The notes: generated from the letters alone by a model not told the origin. A stretch of 50,464 bases of DNA from Octopus sinensis (GCF_006345805.1 NW_021835390.1:1-50464); one strand, 5' to 3'; positions 1 through 12,611 are shown, counted from the stretch's first letter. Made by a program: numbers and translations.

Positions 1-171
1 CATACACACACACACACGCGGTAGCTATTAATCTCGTGTTGTTTTTAACATGAACAACAGAACCATCCTATTTGAGCCAAGAAAGGTGAACCTCTGTGTG
101 GTCGCTGAACATGCTAAAATTAGCAGCCAAATCTACGTCAATATACACCTTACAGTAGTAACAAAAATTGA

Positions 172-540
172 ATTATTCTCTTATTCTTTTACTTGTTTCA
201 GTCATTTGACTGCGGCCATACTAGAGCACCGCTGTTTAGTCGAAGAAATCGACCCCATGGACTTATTCTTTGTAAGACTGGTACTTATTTATTCTTTCGG
301 TCACTTTTGCCGAACCGCTAAGTTTTGAGGCGTAAACACCCAACATCGGTTGTCAAGCGATGGTGGAGGTGGGGGGTGTGGAAAAGAGACACACAGACAC
401 AGACACAGACACACACACACACACACACACACACGACGGGTTTCTTTCAGTTTCCATCTACCAAATCCACTCACAAGGCTTTGGTTGGTCCGAGGCTATA
501 GTAGAAAACACTTGCCCAAGGTGCCATGCAGCGGGACTGC
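172..540 (-). mobile_element. SINE family A copy, head truncated
   Basis: Its reverse complement matches the body and tail of 43473-43882. Confidence 0.85.
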
Positions 541-850
541 TCCTTGCCACACAGCGACGCCTGCGCAAAGTATATGTTTGGCAATGTGCTCTGAAATTTA
601 GATGGATTATAAACAGGACATTTTGCTGGCTGTATAGGAATGGTCATGGCTGTTTGAACGTCTTTGATTAGAAGTAACAAGAACGGCAACGATTGCGGTT
701 AAAACTATGATAACAGTGACGATGACAACAGCGATGACGACTATAATTACGACCACACTTAAGATAAGTACTACGACAACGACTACTACGACTATGACAA
801 GTCGATGAGTTCGACTCGGGCTACGCCAACGACTGCAACTGCAGAGACGC

Positions 851-1035
851 GGAGACGCAATCGCCCAGTGGTTAGGACAGCGGACTCGCGGTCGTAAGAA
901 CGCGGTTTCGATTCCCAGACCGGGTATTGTGAGTGTTTATCGAGCAGTAACACCTAAGCTCCACGAGTCTCCGGCGTGGGGTTGGTGGGTGAACCCCGCT
1001 GTACTCTTTCACCACAACTTTCACTCTTTCTTCCT
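851..1035 (+). mobile_element. tRNA(Arg)-like-headed SINE (family C), 3'-truncated
   Basis: GGAGACGCAATCGCCCAGTGGTTAGGACAGCGGACTCGCGGTCG...GGTTTCGATTCCC shows an A box, a TCG anticodon-like loop and a B box, followed by a non-tRNA body. It resembles octopus OR-type SINEs (from memory). Confidence 0.7.
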
Positions 1036-1319
1036 ACTTCTGTCACAAAGCAGAGGAAACATGATGTAATCCACTATGGTGTGGTAAACTTTCAGACCCT
1101 AGTCTAGATTGCGAATCCTCTGTACCCCAGGATGGTTCAGCCCTCCACCCGTTAAAAAAATTACCGTTTACGGAATGAGGATAACAACGTAGTTTTCGCA
1201 CCCGTGCAACCGCCAGTCTATCGTGTGTGGTTGGTGGATCTTCAAGTTGCCACATGCATTCTTAGTAGCTTCGAATTAGAGATTATTCTTTGTGGCTAAG
1301 GGCGAGAATCCTGATTGGA

Positions 1320-1590
1320 AGAAGACTACAGCAGCGACTACGATGAACGCTATGACTCCAGTTACGACAACAACTCTGTCTACGGTCATAACTACAGCGA
1401 GGCCTACGACTACCACGAGTCAGACAACTTCGGCCATGATTACGACAACTTGTACTACAACTACGACCACGACGTTTTCGACGAGCGAGGACTGTAACTA
1501 GAACTACGACGACAACTATGATTGCGGTTACGGTGAAGCCTATGACTACGGCTACGCCGATGACTACAATAAGGACGACGACGACGCAGT
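1320..1590. repeat. Cryptic (ACG/ACT)n trinucleotide array; continuation of the same tract at ~685-840
   Basis: 3-bp periodic gactac/gacgac units. Confidence 0.8.
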
Positions 1591-1764
1591 GATTAGTTCG
1601 ACTTAGTCCTCGGAGAGCTCTAATGTTTTGAATTGATGTCAGGAGTTCATTTGTATAATTGTATGACAAGAGTATTTTGAAATTATAAAACGTTATAAAA
1701 AGTAAGTTGAGAATTGGCAAAGTCATTAGAGCGTCAAACAAACAAACTGCAAAAAACAAAAAAA

Positions 1765-2185
1765 TGTTAGCGTCTGAGTTCGAGTCCCACTCAGGTCAAT
1801 TTCCTCACTTTTGCGATTGATAAAGAACAATTACTTGGGTGACATATTTACAGAGTTGCTAGAGATATCTTTACGGTATTTGCTTCGGCTCTCTGGATTC
1901 AAATCCTCCGGAAGTCAGTTTCGTCTTTCACGCTTTTGATATCGATTGATAAAGTGCCAGTCTTTGAACGATGTATCAGTGGAATTGCTGGCGATTTCTT
2001 TTACGTTGTTTGTTTCGACTCTCTGCGCTCTGGGTCGAAATACAGCGGAGCTCAATTTCATCTTTCACCTTTTTAGCATCGATAAAGTACCAGTCCATCA
2101 GCGATATATTAACAAAATTGTTTAAGATGTCTTGCGCTATCTATTGCAGATCTTTGCATTTTGAGTTCAAACCCCACCTCTCTGT
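1765..2185 (+). repeat. Old degenerate tandem array (3-4 units, ~110-130 bp) of SINE family B core
   Basis: Units of the form (g)agttc(g/a)aa...gtca.ttt..ctttca..tttt...tcgat..aaagt.ccagtc recur. Confidence 0.5.
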
Positions 2186-3075
2186 AGTGGCTCTCTTTTA
2201 GTGACTAACTTTTATAAAAGTTAGCCAATGCAAGAAAAGAAGAGGCATTGGATAATTAATTAATAATGGCAACCCTGTGTAAATTACCTAGATGTCACTA
2301 GAGTCATGTCTGACTCCAATCTATAATAATGAGTCATCGTAGGGTTAGTTTAGAGTCAACGAGGTAGTTGAGCAGACAAGTACATCCTCTGAAGAAATAT
2401 AAAAATATAGATACGCTAAAAATAAAATGTCCGACATGTTTGCTTCATTCAACAATCTTAAGATTATATGCACCAAGTCTACACGAAGAGGAATCATCGG
2501 GGAAGCTAAACCAGTCACAGAAAACTCAAGAACTCATTAAAGCAACCAAACCAATGCTATATAACAGTGAAAAAATTAAATAAATAAATAAGTAAAAACC
2601 GAAACTCCATAAGAACTTTAAAAAATAGCTTAATATAAATGAAAATGAATATAAAACAAATATTGGCTTATGTGAGTCACATGAGTTGCACGTTTGTCAC
2701 TATTCTCTTTCTCTCTTGCGCGCTCTTTCTCTCCCTCTCTCTTTATTAATCTATCTATCTCTACTCCCTCTCTTCCTCTCTATTCCGACTTTCTTTCTGC
2801 CCTTTACGCCTCCCACTTTTTATTGCTTCGCTGCATGCTCCCTGTCTATGCCGCGGTATCTCCCTTTCTTTTAATGCCCTCTCTCCCGACCTTTCTCTCT
2901 TTCTTTCCCCTTCATCACTACCATGTCCTCTCTCTTCGCGCCTTGTCTATCTGTCTGTCTGTCTCTCTCTCTCTGTTTCACTATCAGCCATCTTCCTCCT
3001 TCGATAATGTGTTTAAGTGCCGACGTAATGCGGTTATATAAAGCAACAATAAAACATACACTCATACATGCATAC

Positions 3076-3115
<40 letters not shown>

Positions 3116-3479
3116 CACGGACACACACATATTGACATTTATTTCCTGTTAGTTGTTTATTTAAGGAAGGAGATCCCGGGACGTATTTGAAAAAAGAAAA
3201 AAGAAAATGAAAAGGAAATTTGTACTATTTTTTTCTTCGCTTCTTACCTTGCACTCGAAGTACGATTGTGTTCGGCGTGTCTTATAAGCCCGACAGTCCC
3301 ACTTTAATAGAGAGACTAAGCTCTAGCAACAGGAAAATAATCAGATCACTTGAAAAGTTTTAAAGAAGACACTAATGTATAAAGCAGACGATAATGTTTT
3401 CAACATGTCGCTGGTACAACCAGATGTTGTCATCCAAATACACTGATTCGAACACACATGCGCAGACAACGCACATACA

Positions 3480-4065
3480 TAGACAGACATATGTACATAC
3501 GCATATATATGTATATATTGGTGTGTGTGTGTGTGTGTGTTTTCCTCATATATATATATATATACATACATACACACATGCATATATATTAACAGTTGTG
3601 TAAATATACATTCTTACTCCGAATAAATATACGCACATACACCATATCATATGTAACTGCGTATACATACATACATACATACATACATACATACATACAT
3701 ACATACATACATACATGTATATATACACACACATATATATATATATGTGTGTGTGAGCGCGTATATACATATACATATATATGTATAAATAAATGCATAA
3801 TATTATACATGTGTATGTGTATATATATGTATATAAGACTCACTCACACAGTTATACATATGCACATATACTTATATACAAAAGAGGTATACATATATAT
3901 ATATATACACACACATATATATATATATATATGCAACTTATACCTATGTGTATATATATAGTATACCATCATTATACATAAGTGTGTGGAATGTATGATA
4001 TATATATATATATATATATATAAATATATATATATTATCCATACATACATACATACATACATACA

Positions 4066-4097
<32 letters not shown>

Positions 4098-4189
4098 CAC
4101 ACACTTTTGTGAATGTACTTGTGTCTATAAAACGTTTCTTTCTTGCGCTGGAGATGTGTAACTTTATGGACTAGGGTAAACACACATAC

Positions 4190-4229
<40 letters not shown>

Positions 4230-4250
4230 TGCACGTCGCGCATATACATT
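3480..4250. repeat. Compound (TA)n/(TACA)n/(CA)n microsatellite field
   Basis: Seen directly. Similar fields occur at about 17730-17980, 19230-19880, 37125-37570, 42450-42690 and 49215-50020. Confidence 0.9.
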
Positions 4251-5138
4251 TACACATACATGCCACCCGTGTAAATCAAAAAATGCTTTTGGACTGATGT
4301 TGCGCTTGGTGGTAGTGGTGTTGGTGATGCTATTGCTGCTGTTACAGCTGATAGTTTTGGTGGTGCTGGTGTTGTTGTGGTATTGGTGATGCAAGTAATA
4401 TTGTTGGTATTGGTTGTTGTATTATTGTCCTTTCAGGTCAACACTGATCAATTCAAAATTGAACCAACCGTGATCATCTTGTCTTTTTTTCTTTTCTGCT
4501 AACATGAACCAACGTGTCTTTCATTTCGAAAAATAAGTAGCTAATTCCTGTAGGTCGACTCGACCATGAAGAGCAGTCATTCTCAACCATTCTTTTTTTT
4601 TTTAAACTTATGGACCCCTTCAATTTCTATCTTATTTTATAATGGAAGGAAGGTTTTCTTTCTGTGACATGTGAGGCGTCGGAACACAGAGGTAGACGGG
4701 AACGATGGCTATAGGCTTCACCAAGAAAAATGGCGAAAACGAAACGGCGGGAAACAATCTCGTCCTTACAAGTTTACCGGTTCGTTCCTAGCAGCTTTCG
4801 TCACTTCTCAACATGGCGTCGTTTGTTTAATTCGTCTAAGGAGCGTGGTACGTCGTGGGGGGGGGGCGAATTTGCTGTTCTTCTCTTCTGTTCATTCGTG
4901 TGTATAAGTTTGTACGGCTTTTCAATTTTGAGGTAGAGCGAACACATGCACATAGAAAGCTCATTCTTTTAGGAATTATAACGATGGCGAAACTTTCGTA
5001 TTCAAACTCGGGCTGCGAAGTTGATGGCCGGCTTGCTTGAAAATATGTCCTCTCGTTGCTGCATTTAGAATCTAAGTTCTTCGTTCGGGTGAGCCATTTT
5101 AACAACGATAGAAGCTTGATGTTTAAAAAATCTCAAAG

Positions 5139-5508
5139 CCGCAGGCGTGGCTGTATGGTAAGAAGCTTGCTTTCCAACGACATGGTTCTTAGTTCAATCC
5201 CACTGCGTGACACCTTGGGCAACATTTTTCTGCTATAGCCTCAAGCCGACCAAAGCCTCGTGAAGCCGGCGTATATATGTATATATCTACGTGTACTTAT
5301 CTTTGTATCTGTGCTTGTCCACCCACTACCATTGACAACCGGTACTTGTGTGTTTACGTCCCAGTGACTCAGCGGTTCGGCGGAAGAATAAGAGCCAGAC
5401 CTTTAAAAAATAAGTACCAGGGTCTATACATTCTATTAAAAATTCATCAAGGCGGTGCCCCAGTCCGCTTTGCATGGCCACAGTTTAATGACTGAAACAA
5501 GCAAAAGA
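5139..5508 (+). mobile_element. SINE family A copy, diverged
   Basis: GCAGGCGTGGCTGTATGGTAAGAAGC head through AATGACTGAAACAAG tail. Confidence 0.85.
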
Positions 5509-5634
5509 TGCTTTTAAAATCGGGAAAACAACGGCCCGTATGAGAAATGAGTCCTACGAGGTGGAGAGGATGCTACAGTGAATGGCACTGACCATTCTCC
5601 GTGGCAACGCCATCGTGGTAATGCATCATTGAAA

Positions 5635-5865
5635 GGCGGCGAGCTGGCAGAAACGTTAGCACGCCAGGAGAAATGTTTAGCGGTATTTCGTCTGTCTTCA
5701 CGTTCTGAGTTCAAATTCCACCAAGGTCGACTTTGCCTTTCATCCTTTCGGGGTCGATAAATTAAGTACCAGTTACGCACTGGGGTCGATGTAATCGACT
5801 TAATACCTATGTATGTCCTTGTTTGTCCCCTCTGTGTTTAGCCCCTTGTGGGTAGTAAAGAAATA
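5635..5865 (+). mobile_element. tRNA-derived SINE family B (Nin/Deu-domain-like core), full length, 18-bp TSD
   Basis: Head GGCGGCGAGCTGGCAGAAACGTTAG and B box GAGTTCAAATTC. The core GCCTTTCATCCTTTCGGGGTCGATAAATTAAGTACCAG resembles the Deu/Nin SINE domain. A direct repeat GGTAATGCATCATTGAAA lies at 5617-5634 and 5866-5883. Confidence 0.9.
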
Positions 5866-5986
5866 GGTAATGCATCATTGAAATGCTACAACGATACGAG
5901 AAAATGCAGCGCGACGAGCGGTGTATAACAACATCCGATAATCTGGTCGATACAGTGATATACAGACTTACTACATCAAGGATACA

Positions 5987-6201
5987 TTTTTTACATTCGA
6001 CGGATATTTGTCCTCATCTTGTTTGTTGTTAACACAACATTTCGTCTGATATACCCTACAGCCTTGTTCAGGTGTCTTGGGGAAATTTCGAACCTGGGTT
6101 CTCATTCCTAGGATATTTTTCGATGTAATTATATTATTAATATTATTATTCAGGTAACTGCCTGGAATCTTGGGGGTTAGTAGCCTGCGCTGTTAACCAC
6201 T
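5987..6201 (-). mobile_element. Inverted, more decayed second copy of family D SINE, head-to-head with 6205-6563
   Basis: Its reverse complement matches about 6217-6510 along its length (ggatatttgtcctcatcttgtttgttgttaacacaac..., ggggttagtagcc), with a deletion in the head. Confidence 0.8.
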
Positions 6202-6204
6202 TTA

Positions 6205-6285
6205 GGTATATGGCGTAGTGGTTACGAGCGCGGGCTACTAACCCCAAGATTCTGAATTCGATTCCAGGCAGTGACCTGAATAATG

Positions 6286-6343
<58 letters not shown>

Positions 6344-6563
6344 TAATAAAAACAACAACAACAACAACAATAACAACATCGAAAAATACCTTAGGAATGA
6401 GAACCAGGTTCGAAATTTCCCCAAGACTCCTGATGATGGTTGGAGGGTATATCAGCCGAAACGTTGTGTTAACAACAAACAAGATGAGGACAAATATCCG
6501 TCAATTGTAAATAATGTAAATAATGTAAATAATGTAAATAATTCTTCATCTCTTAAATATAGA
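6205..6563 (+). mobile_element. tRNA-headed SINE (family D) with internal (AAT)n, hammerhead module and (AATGTAAAT)n 3' repeats
   Basis: The head TGGCGTAGTGGTTACGAGCGCGGGCTACTAACCCCAAGATTCTGAATTCGATTCC has pol III A- and B-box-like motifs. It is followed by (AAT)n/(AAC)n, a unique body, CTGATGA...GAAACG and a 9-bp tandem tail. Confidence 0.75.
6425..6470 (+). ncRNA. Hammerhead-like motif in the 3' part of a tRNA-headed SINE
   Basis: GACTC CTGATGA T GGTTG gagggtatat CAGCC GAAA CG TT GTGTT. The inverted sister copy has GACAC as the 5' arm of stem I, which pairs with GTGTT. Confidence 0.6.
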
Positions 6564-6948
6564 TCTACATCTTGGATCACGATATCGAACGTATCTTTTA
6601 TTATTCAGAAGACAGTTTTGTACTATGACTAAGATTTGGCTGGTATTTCCAGCGAGAGCGAGCAACTGCATAATGACTCCTTATGATGTTGATGATGGTG
6701 ATAGTGATTGTGAAGTGAAAGTCATTAATCATTACTCATTAATCGTTATTTATGTCGTTCTTTAGCTGCATGAAAGTCATGACTGAATAGAACAATGACA
6801 CAAAGACGTTACGACCATGGACATCCCGCCTTTTGTAAATCAGTCACTATATTTACATAACCTAATGACCTTTTCCTGCCATTCATATTTTAAGATACTA
6901 AAAATGTAATTTGAAGGTAATTTGGCTATTATTTTTAGCCTTTCGGAG

Positions 6949-7180
6949 GGCGGCGGGCTGGCAGAAACGTTAGCACGCCGGGCGAAATGCGTAGCCGTAT
7001 TTCGTGTGCCGCTACGTTCTGAGTTCAAATTCCGCCGAGGTCGACTTTACCTTTCATCCTTTCGGGGTCGATTAAATAAGTACCAGTTACGCAGTGGGGT
7101 CGATGTAATCGACTTAATCCGTTTGTCTGTCCTTGTTTGACCTCTCTATGTTTAGCTTCCTGTGGGCAATAAAGAAATGT
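6949..7180 (+). mobile_element. SINE family B, full length, 12-bp TSD
   Basis: Colinear with 5635-5865. TAGCCTTTCGGA occurs at 6936-6947 and 7182-7193. Confidence 0.9.
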
Positions 7181-7508
7181 GTAGCCTTTCGGACCACTTC
7201 GTAGAGACGGTACTATCATTTTGGTCGTTCAGGGGTAGATGTCATGTTAATGACAACAATGACGGCTAAACAGTTTAGTGATGGCCTTCGTTACAGAGAT
7301 GATGGTGGTCGGCTGCTGCTGCTGCTGCTGCAGGCGGTGGCTGTGGTGGCGGTAGCGGTGATAGTGGGGTAGGCGGAGTTGCGGGTGTTAGAGGTGTAGG
7401 AGGAAAAAGAATGGGAAGAGTATATAAAAAAAACAACAGGAAGCACTGGAGGAAGATAGATTGCAGTCATTGTTCCACAGTAGCAGAGGCAGCAGCAGCG
7501 GCAGTAGC

Positions 7509-7540
<32 letters not shown>

Positions 7541-7746
7541 CAGCAGCAGCAGCACAAGCCAAAATTTGCTATAGTTTCTCAGTATAGACATGCTCTCTGA
7601 ACATATGACGGTCCTGCGATTTTCATTAAACCCAAGTCTCTTTTCTTTTCATCTTTACACATACACACATATGTATGTATGTACGTGTGTATATACACAC
7701 AGACACAGACACATCTATATATGTATGTTTGTATACACATACACAC

Positions 7747-7778
<32 letters not shown>

Positions 7779-7899
7779 CGAAGTTTACTTAAGACTTACG
7801 AGATGTTTCATCAAGAGCAGTAAACTGCTTTGCTTGCTGTTCTCTTTGTGAAACATCTTGCAAACTTTGGAAGTGTAAGTAAACTCTGCCTTGCAAAGA

Positions 7900-7949
<50 letters not shown>

Positions 7950-8221
7950 TAATAATAATAATAATAGTAATAATAACAATAATGGAAACTCGGTAAGAAA
8001 AGGAAAGAGACTTGAAAGAAGATGAAAATGAAAATGATAATAATGATAAAAACAAGTGATAACAAAAACAAAACTCTACCAGCAAACATGTTGAGTACAA
8101 TATATTTTGAGTCGTTGACTACTACTACTACTACTACTACAACTACTACTACTACTACTACTGCCGCTGCTGATGTCTATGCCACCAACAGCACCATCAT
8201 ATATATGCATACCTCTATATG

Positions 8222-8281
<60 letters not shown>

Positions 8282-8430
8282 CAGATGCATATATGGGTAC
8301 AGGACGTCACCCACGGTGCAAATAACATGAAATACGTGAACAAGCAAAAAATGGAAAGCAGGACAACTAAACACAGAGAAAGGACCCCTCATCAGTTGTC
8401 GGCTTTCAATCTACTCCTCATTTCGAGTTG

Positions 8431-8466
<36 letters not shown>

Positions 8467-8694
8467 CATGTATGTATGTATATAGATAGATAGATAAATA
8501 GATATATATTATATTATATATATTATATATATATATATATTATATATATTATATATATATATACATCATATATATCCCATACACACACATATGAAAGCGA
8601 AATAGAAACATGAAAGCGATAAACGGAAGACAAATATACATGGAAATCCTCTCACTCACTCACACACACACACACACACACATCTACATGTAAT

Positions 8695-9095
8695 GTATTC
8701 TCTTTACTTGCTTCAGTCACTGGACTGCAGCCATTCTGGTGCACCACCTTCATGTGGTTTAGTTTTTATGTCTGCTTCTTTAAGACTATCTTCTTTAAGA
8801 CTATTTCTATGTCTACTTTCTTTAAGACCATTGGTAAATTTTTTTACCGAGCCGAAACGTTATGGAGGGCAAACACAAGCGTTGGTAGAGGACAAACACA
8901 AACACCAACACACACATACATATTACACAACGAGCTTCCGCACAGTCTCTATCTATTAAATTCGACCATAGCACATTGGTCAACCAGGGGCTGTAGTAGA
9001 AGATAATTTCCAAAGGTGCCGCGGAAAGAGGGACCGAGCTCGAATCTTCGTTGTTTCAAAGAGATCTTCTTAACCACACAGCTATACCTATGCAT
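8695..9095 (-). mobile_element. SINE family A copy, strongly diverged, with internal short tandem duplication
   Basis: Tail match at 8695-8750 and head match at 9040-9095. TCTTTAAGAC is repeated at about 8777-8830. Confidence 0.7.
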
Positions 9096-9127
9096 ATTTT
9101 ATGGAATGTGTGTGTGCGGGTATGTGT

Positions 9128-9167
<40 letters not shown>

Positions 9168-9989
9168 TGTGTGTGTGTGAGTGTGTGTGTGTACAGATCG
9201 TCTAATTGATACATGTTTGTTGCATTTTCTCACTATTTTTTCGCTCCTCATCTTTACTTTCCGTAGTAGAGCGTACGGTTGAGACGTAAAAGACTTTCCT
9301 CTCTATTTTTCCCGAGCGTAAACCTAATACACGCTGTTTCTTCGTTTTCTTTTTACCTCGTCCTCGTGTGTTTTTTTATCCTTGCACCGTATATATAATA
9401 CACATATACTACATGTATGTCTATATAAATAAATAATAATACATATATATATATGAGTATTACATGTATATACTTATGTGTATGTATATATATATATATA
9501 GTTTTATTATACACACATATATGTATGTATGTGCGTATATATACATATATATATATAATATATATGATATATATATATATATAGTTTATTAATTATTGTA
9601 TTATAATATATTGAATTATTAACCCCCGCTAGCAATATATCCAGTCAGCTTGTCTGCCAATCTTCAATTGGTCTCACGTCAACCAACCACTCCACCCACG
9701 TCTCACTTCTTCATTTCTTCAAAACCGCCTTCGCTTCTCCTTTTTCCTCCTCTACATGCGCTCCCTCTTCCTTCTCCTCCTCATCCCCCCTCCTCCTCGT
9801 CGGCCTCTTCACTAATCATATCGAGTTGAGACATAAATATTTACTTTGCCGTCTTCCATATAAACAGGCTCACGCACGCACGCACACACATGTACACCCA
9901 TATATACGCACACAGCTTCAGTATTTGATTTGATTTGGTTTTCTGGCAAAATTTTTCTCTTCTTTGGACATGGCCTCCAGTTACGTTGC

Positions 9990-10980
9990 TGGATTGTGGT
10001 CTTGTTGTTGTTATTGCAGTTACTAGTCCTGTTGTTGTTGTTGGTGGTGGTGGTGTTGCTGTGCTTGTTACTGTTCATAGTGGTGCCGAGATTGCAGTTG
10101 TTGATGGCGGTGGCGATGGCAGTGATGGAGATGTCATCGTTGATGTTGTAGTTGGTGGTGGTAGTGGTCACGGGGTGATGAATATGGTATTGGTGTTGGA
10201 GTTGTTCTTGGTGGTGGTGTTGGTGGTGGTGGCCATGTTGATAACGATGTTATTGTTGTTAATGGTATTCCTGTTGATGTCGGCGGTGTTGGTGACGTTG
10301 ATGTTGGTGTTGATATTGTTGTTTGGCGTCATTGGTGGTGGTGTTGGCGTTGGTGGTGGTTGTGTATGTAGGTGGCGGTTTTGGTGGTGTTGGTGTTGGT
10401 GGTGCTTGTGTATGTAGGTGGCGGTTGTGGAGGTGTTGGTGGTGGTGGTGGTTGTGGTTGTAGTGTTGTTGATGATGTTGATTGTGGTGTTGGTGGTGGC
10501 ATTGATAATGGTCTTGTTGGTGGTGGAGGTGGTGATGGTGTTGGTAGTAGCAGTGTTGGTGGTGGTGATGGTGTTGGTAGTAATGTCGGAGGTGGTGTTG
10601 ATGGTAGTGGTAGTGGTAGTGGTGGTGTTGGTGGTGGTAGTGTCGGTGGCAGTGTTTTTGATGGTGATGGCGTTCTTGCTGTCCTCGCAGTTGTTGATGT
10701 CGATAGATTTGTGATGGTGATGAAGGCTGATTTAATAGTATTGTTGGTGATCGATGTGGTAATAAAACAATAGGATTTTCGTTGTTATTGGGTATTGAAG
10801 TGGTGGCTATTGTTTTTGTTTTTGTTGTTGCCGCAGGAAAACAATAGCAGTAGTAGTAGTAGTAGTAGTAGTTGTTGTTGTTGATGATGGTGGTGGTGGT
10901 AGTGGTGGTTATGGTGAAGGTATTGTAAGTGCTGTAGTAGGAAGACAATAGCAGTTGTAATAGTAGTAGCAGCAGCAGCG

Positions 10981-11017
<37 letters not shown>

Positions 11018-11230
11018 CAGTAGTAGTGGTAGTAATAGTAGTAGTATTTGTTGTTGTCGTCGTTGGTGACGGTGGTGATATTGAAGGAAGTGTAAGAGCT
11101 GTGGTAGGAAAACAATAGCAGTTATTGTAGTAGTTGTAGTAGTAGTAGTAGTAATAGTGGTGGTGGTGGTGGTGGTAGTAGTAATAGTAGTGGGGGTGTG
11201 GTGATAGTAGTAGTAGTAGTAGTTGTAAGT
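9990..11230. repeat. Cryptic trinucleotide array (GGT/GTT/GAT/AGT)n
   Basis: 3-bp periodic low-complexity tract; the source of the poly-V/G/H ORFs. Confidence 0.9.
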
Positions 11231-11267
11231 GTTGTATTTTGCCCTTGCTTATCTTCATGCTGATAAT

Positions 11268-11680
11268 GTTTGTCTGTCCTTGTTTGTCCCCTCTGTGTTT
11301 AGTCCCTTGTGGGTAGTAAAGAAATAGGTATTTCGTCTGCCGTTACGTTCTGAGTTCAAATTCCGCCGAGGTCGACTTTGCCTTTCATCCTTTCGGGGTC
11401 GATTAAATAAGTACCAGTTCCGCACTGGGGTCGATATAATCGACTTAATCTGCTTGTCTGTCTTTGTTTGTCTCCTCTGTGTTTAGTCCCTTGTGGGTAG
11501 TAAAGAAATAGGTATTTCGTCTGCCGCTACGTTCTGAGTTCAAATTCCGCCGAGGTCGACTTTGCCTTTCATCCTTTCGGGGTCGATTAAATAAGTACCA
11601 GTTGCGCACTGGAGTCGATCTAATCGACTGTGCCCTTCCCAAAACATTTCGGTCCTTCTGCGTAGAGTAGAAAAACAATT
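11268..11680 (+). mobile_element. Tandem/nested SINE family B array, 184-bp period
   Basis: The tail-to-body junction AAAGAAATA|GGTATTTCGTC occurs at 11326/7 and 11510/1. Confidence 0.85.
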
Positions 11681-12611
11681 TTTTTGTTTGTTGTTGTCAT
11701 TGGCGTCACTGGCAGAATTTCCAACCACGGAAAAAAAAACAAAAACAATAATAAAGCCCACGACAGCAACAACAGCAGCAGCAACAACAACAACAACTAT
11801 GGCAACAGCATCAGTATCAGCAGCAACAGAAGAAATACGAGCATCAAGAACTTATATGACAGCACGGTAATAGCCAAAAGCAAGATATATAACATCCTCA
11901 TCGTCATCATCATCATTGTCATCATCATCATCACCAACATCATCATCGCCGTTGTCACCGTCGTTGTCATCGTCGTCGCCGTCATTGTTCGAAATGTTCT
12001 GATGCTCATTGCTGCCGCCGCTGCTGCTGCTGATTGCATTGCCAGTAGAACAATAAAATATAACAATAAAATATGCTTAACGGTTACTTCTGTTGAGTTG
12101 CCAAGGGTAACATATTTAAATCATCATTACGATCACCATCTTCATCGTAGTCGTCGTCGTCGTCGTCATCATCATCATCATCTGCATCAGCAGCAGCGTC
12201 AACGTCATCAGCGTCAGTATCATCATCATCATCGTAATCATCAACGTAATCATAATCATCATCATCATCATCGTCGTCGTCATCGTCAACGTCATCGTTT
12301 GTCTCTCTGTCTGTCTGTCTCTCATTAATAGCCATCAGCACAGCTCCCATAAAACCACATCTACTATAGACCCACACTCCTTCGACAGTCACGATTGGAC
12401 CCTCACCCAGAAGAAATTTGGTGAAAGCTTATGGCTACCCTCAACACCAGCAACACTTTCAACTGGTCTGTCATGCGATTTCCCCGTTAAAACTACCCTA
12501 TCTGTTTCTGGTCCCTTGACATAATAGCTCTCCTCTCAAATCCTTTTAAGGCAGCCTGTCCCTACAGTCTATCAAATTTTCTGTCCCAGGGTTCGGGTCT
12601 GTCTTCCAAAT

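Noticed and set aside
3341-4249. YI/HT/CV/MYVC-type ORFs here and throughout the window
   Set aside because: Di- and tetranucleotide microsatellite artefacts.
6205-6280. tRNA gene
   Set aside because: No proper acceptor stem or terminator; it continues into a repeat body, so it is a SINE head. The same applies to 851-925.
8375-8430. CTGATGA and GAAA words on the minus strand
   Set aside because: The order and stems do not form a hammerhead within the available sequence.
11268-11680. CRISPR-like or satellite array
   Set aside because: The units are SINE sequence without unique spacers, in a eukaryotic context.
9812-12392. Long ORFs rich in His, Val, Gly, Thr or Asp (e.g. 10259-10948, 11684-12328)
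   Set aside because: They are translations of trinucleotide arrays, open in several frames on both strands, with no domain or splice support.
12335-12610. Possible decayed retroelement coding fragment
   Set aside because: I could not recognise any motif in the frames I translated.
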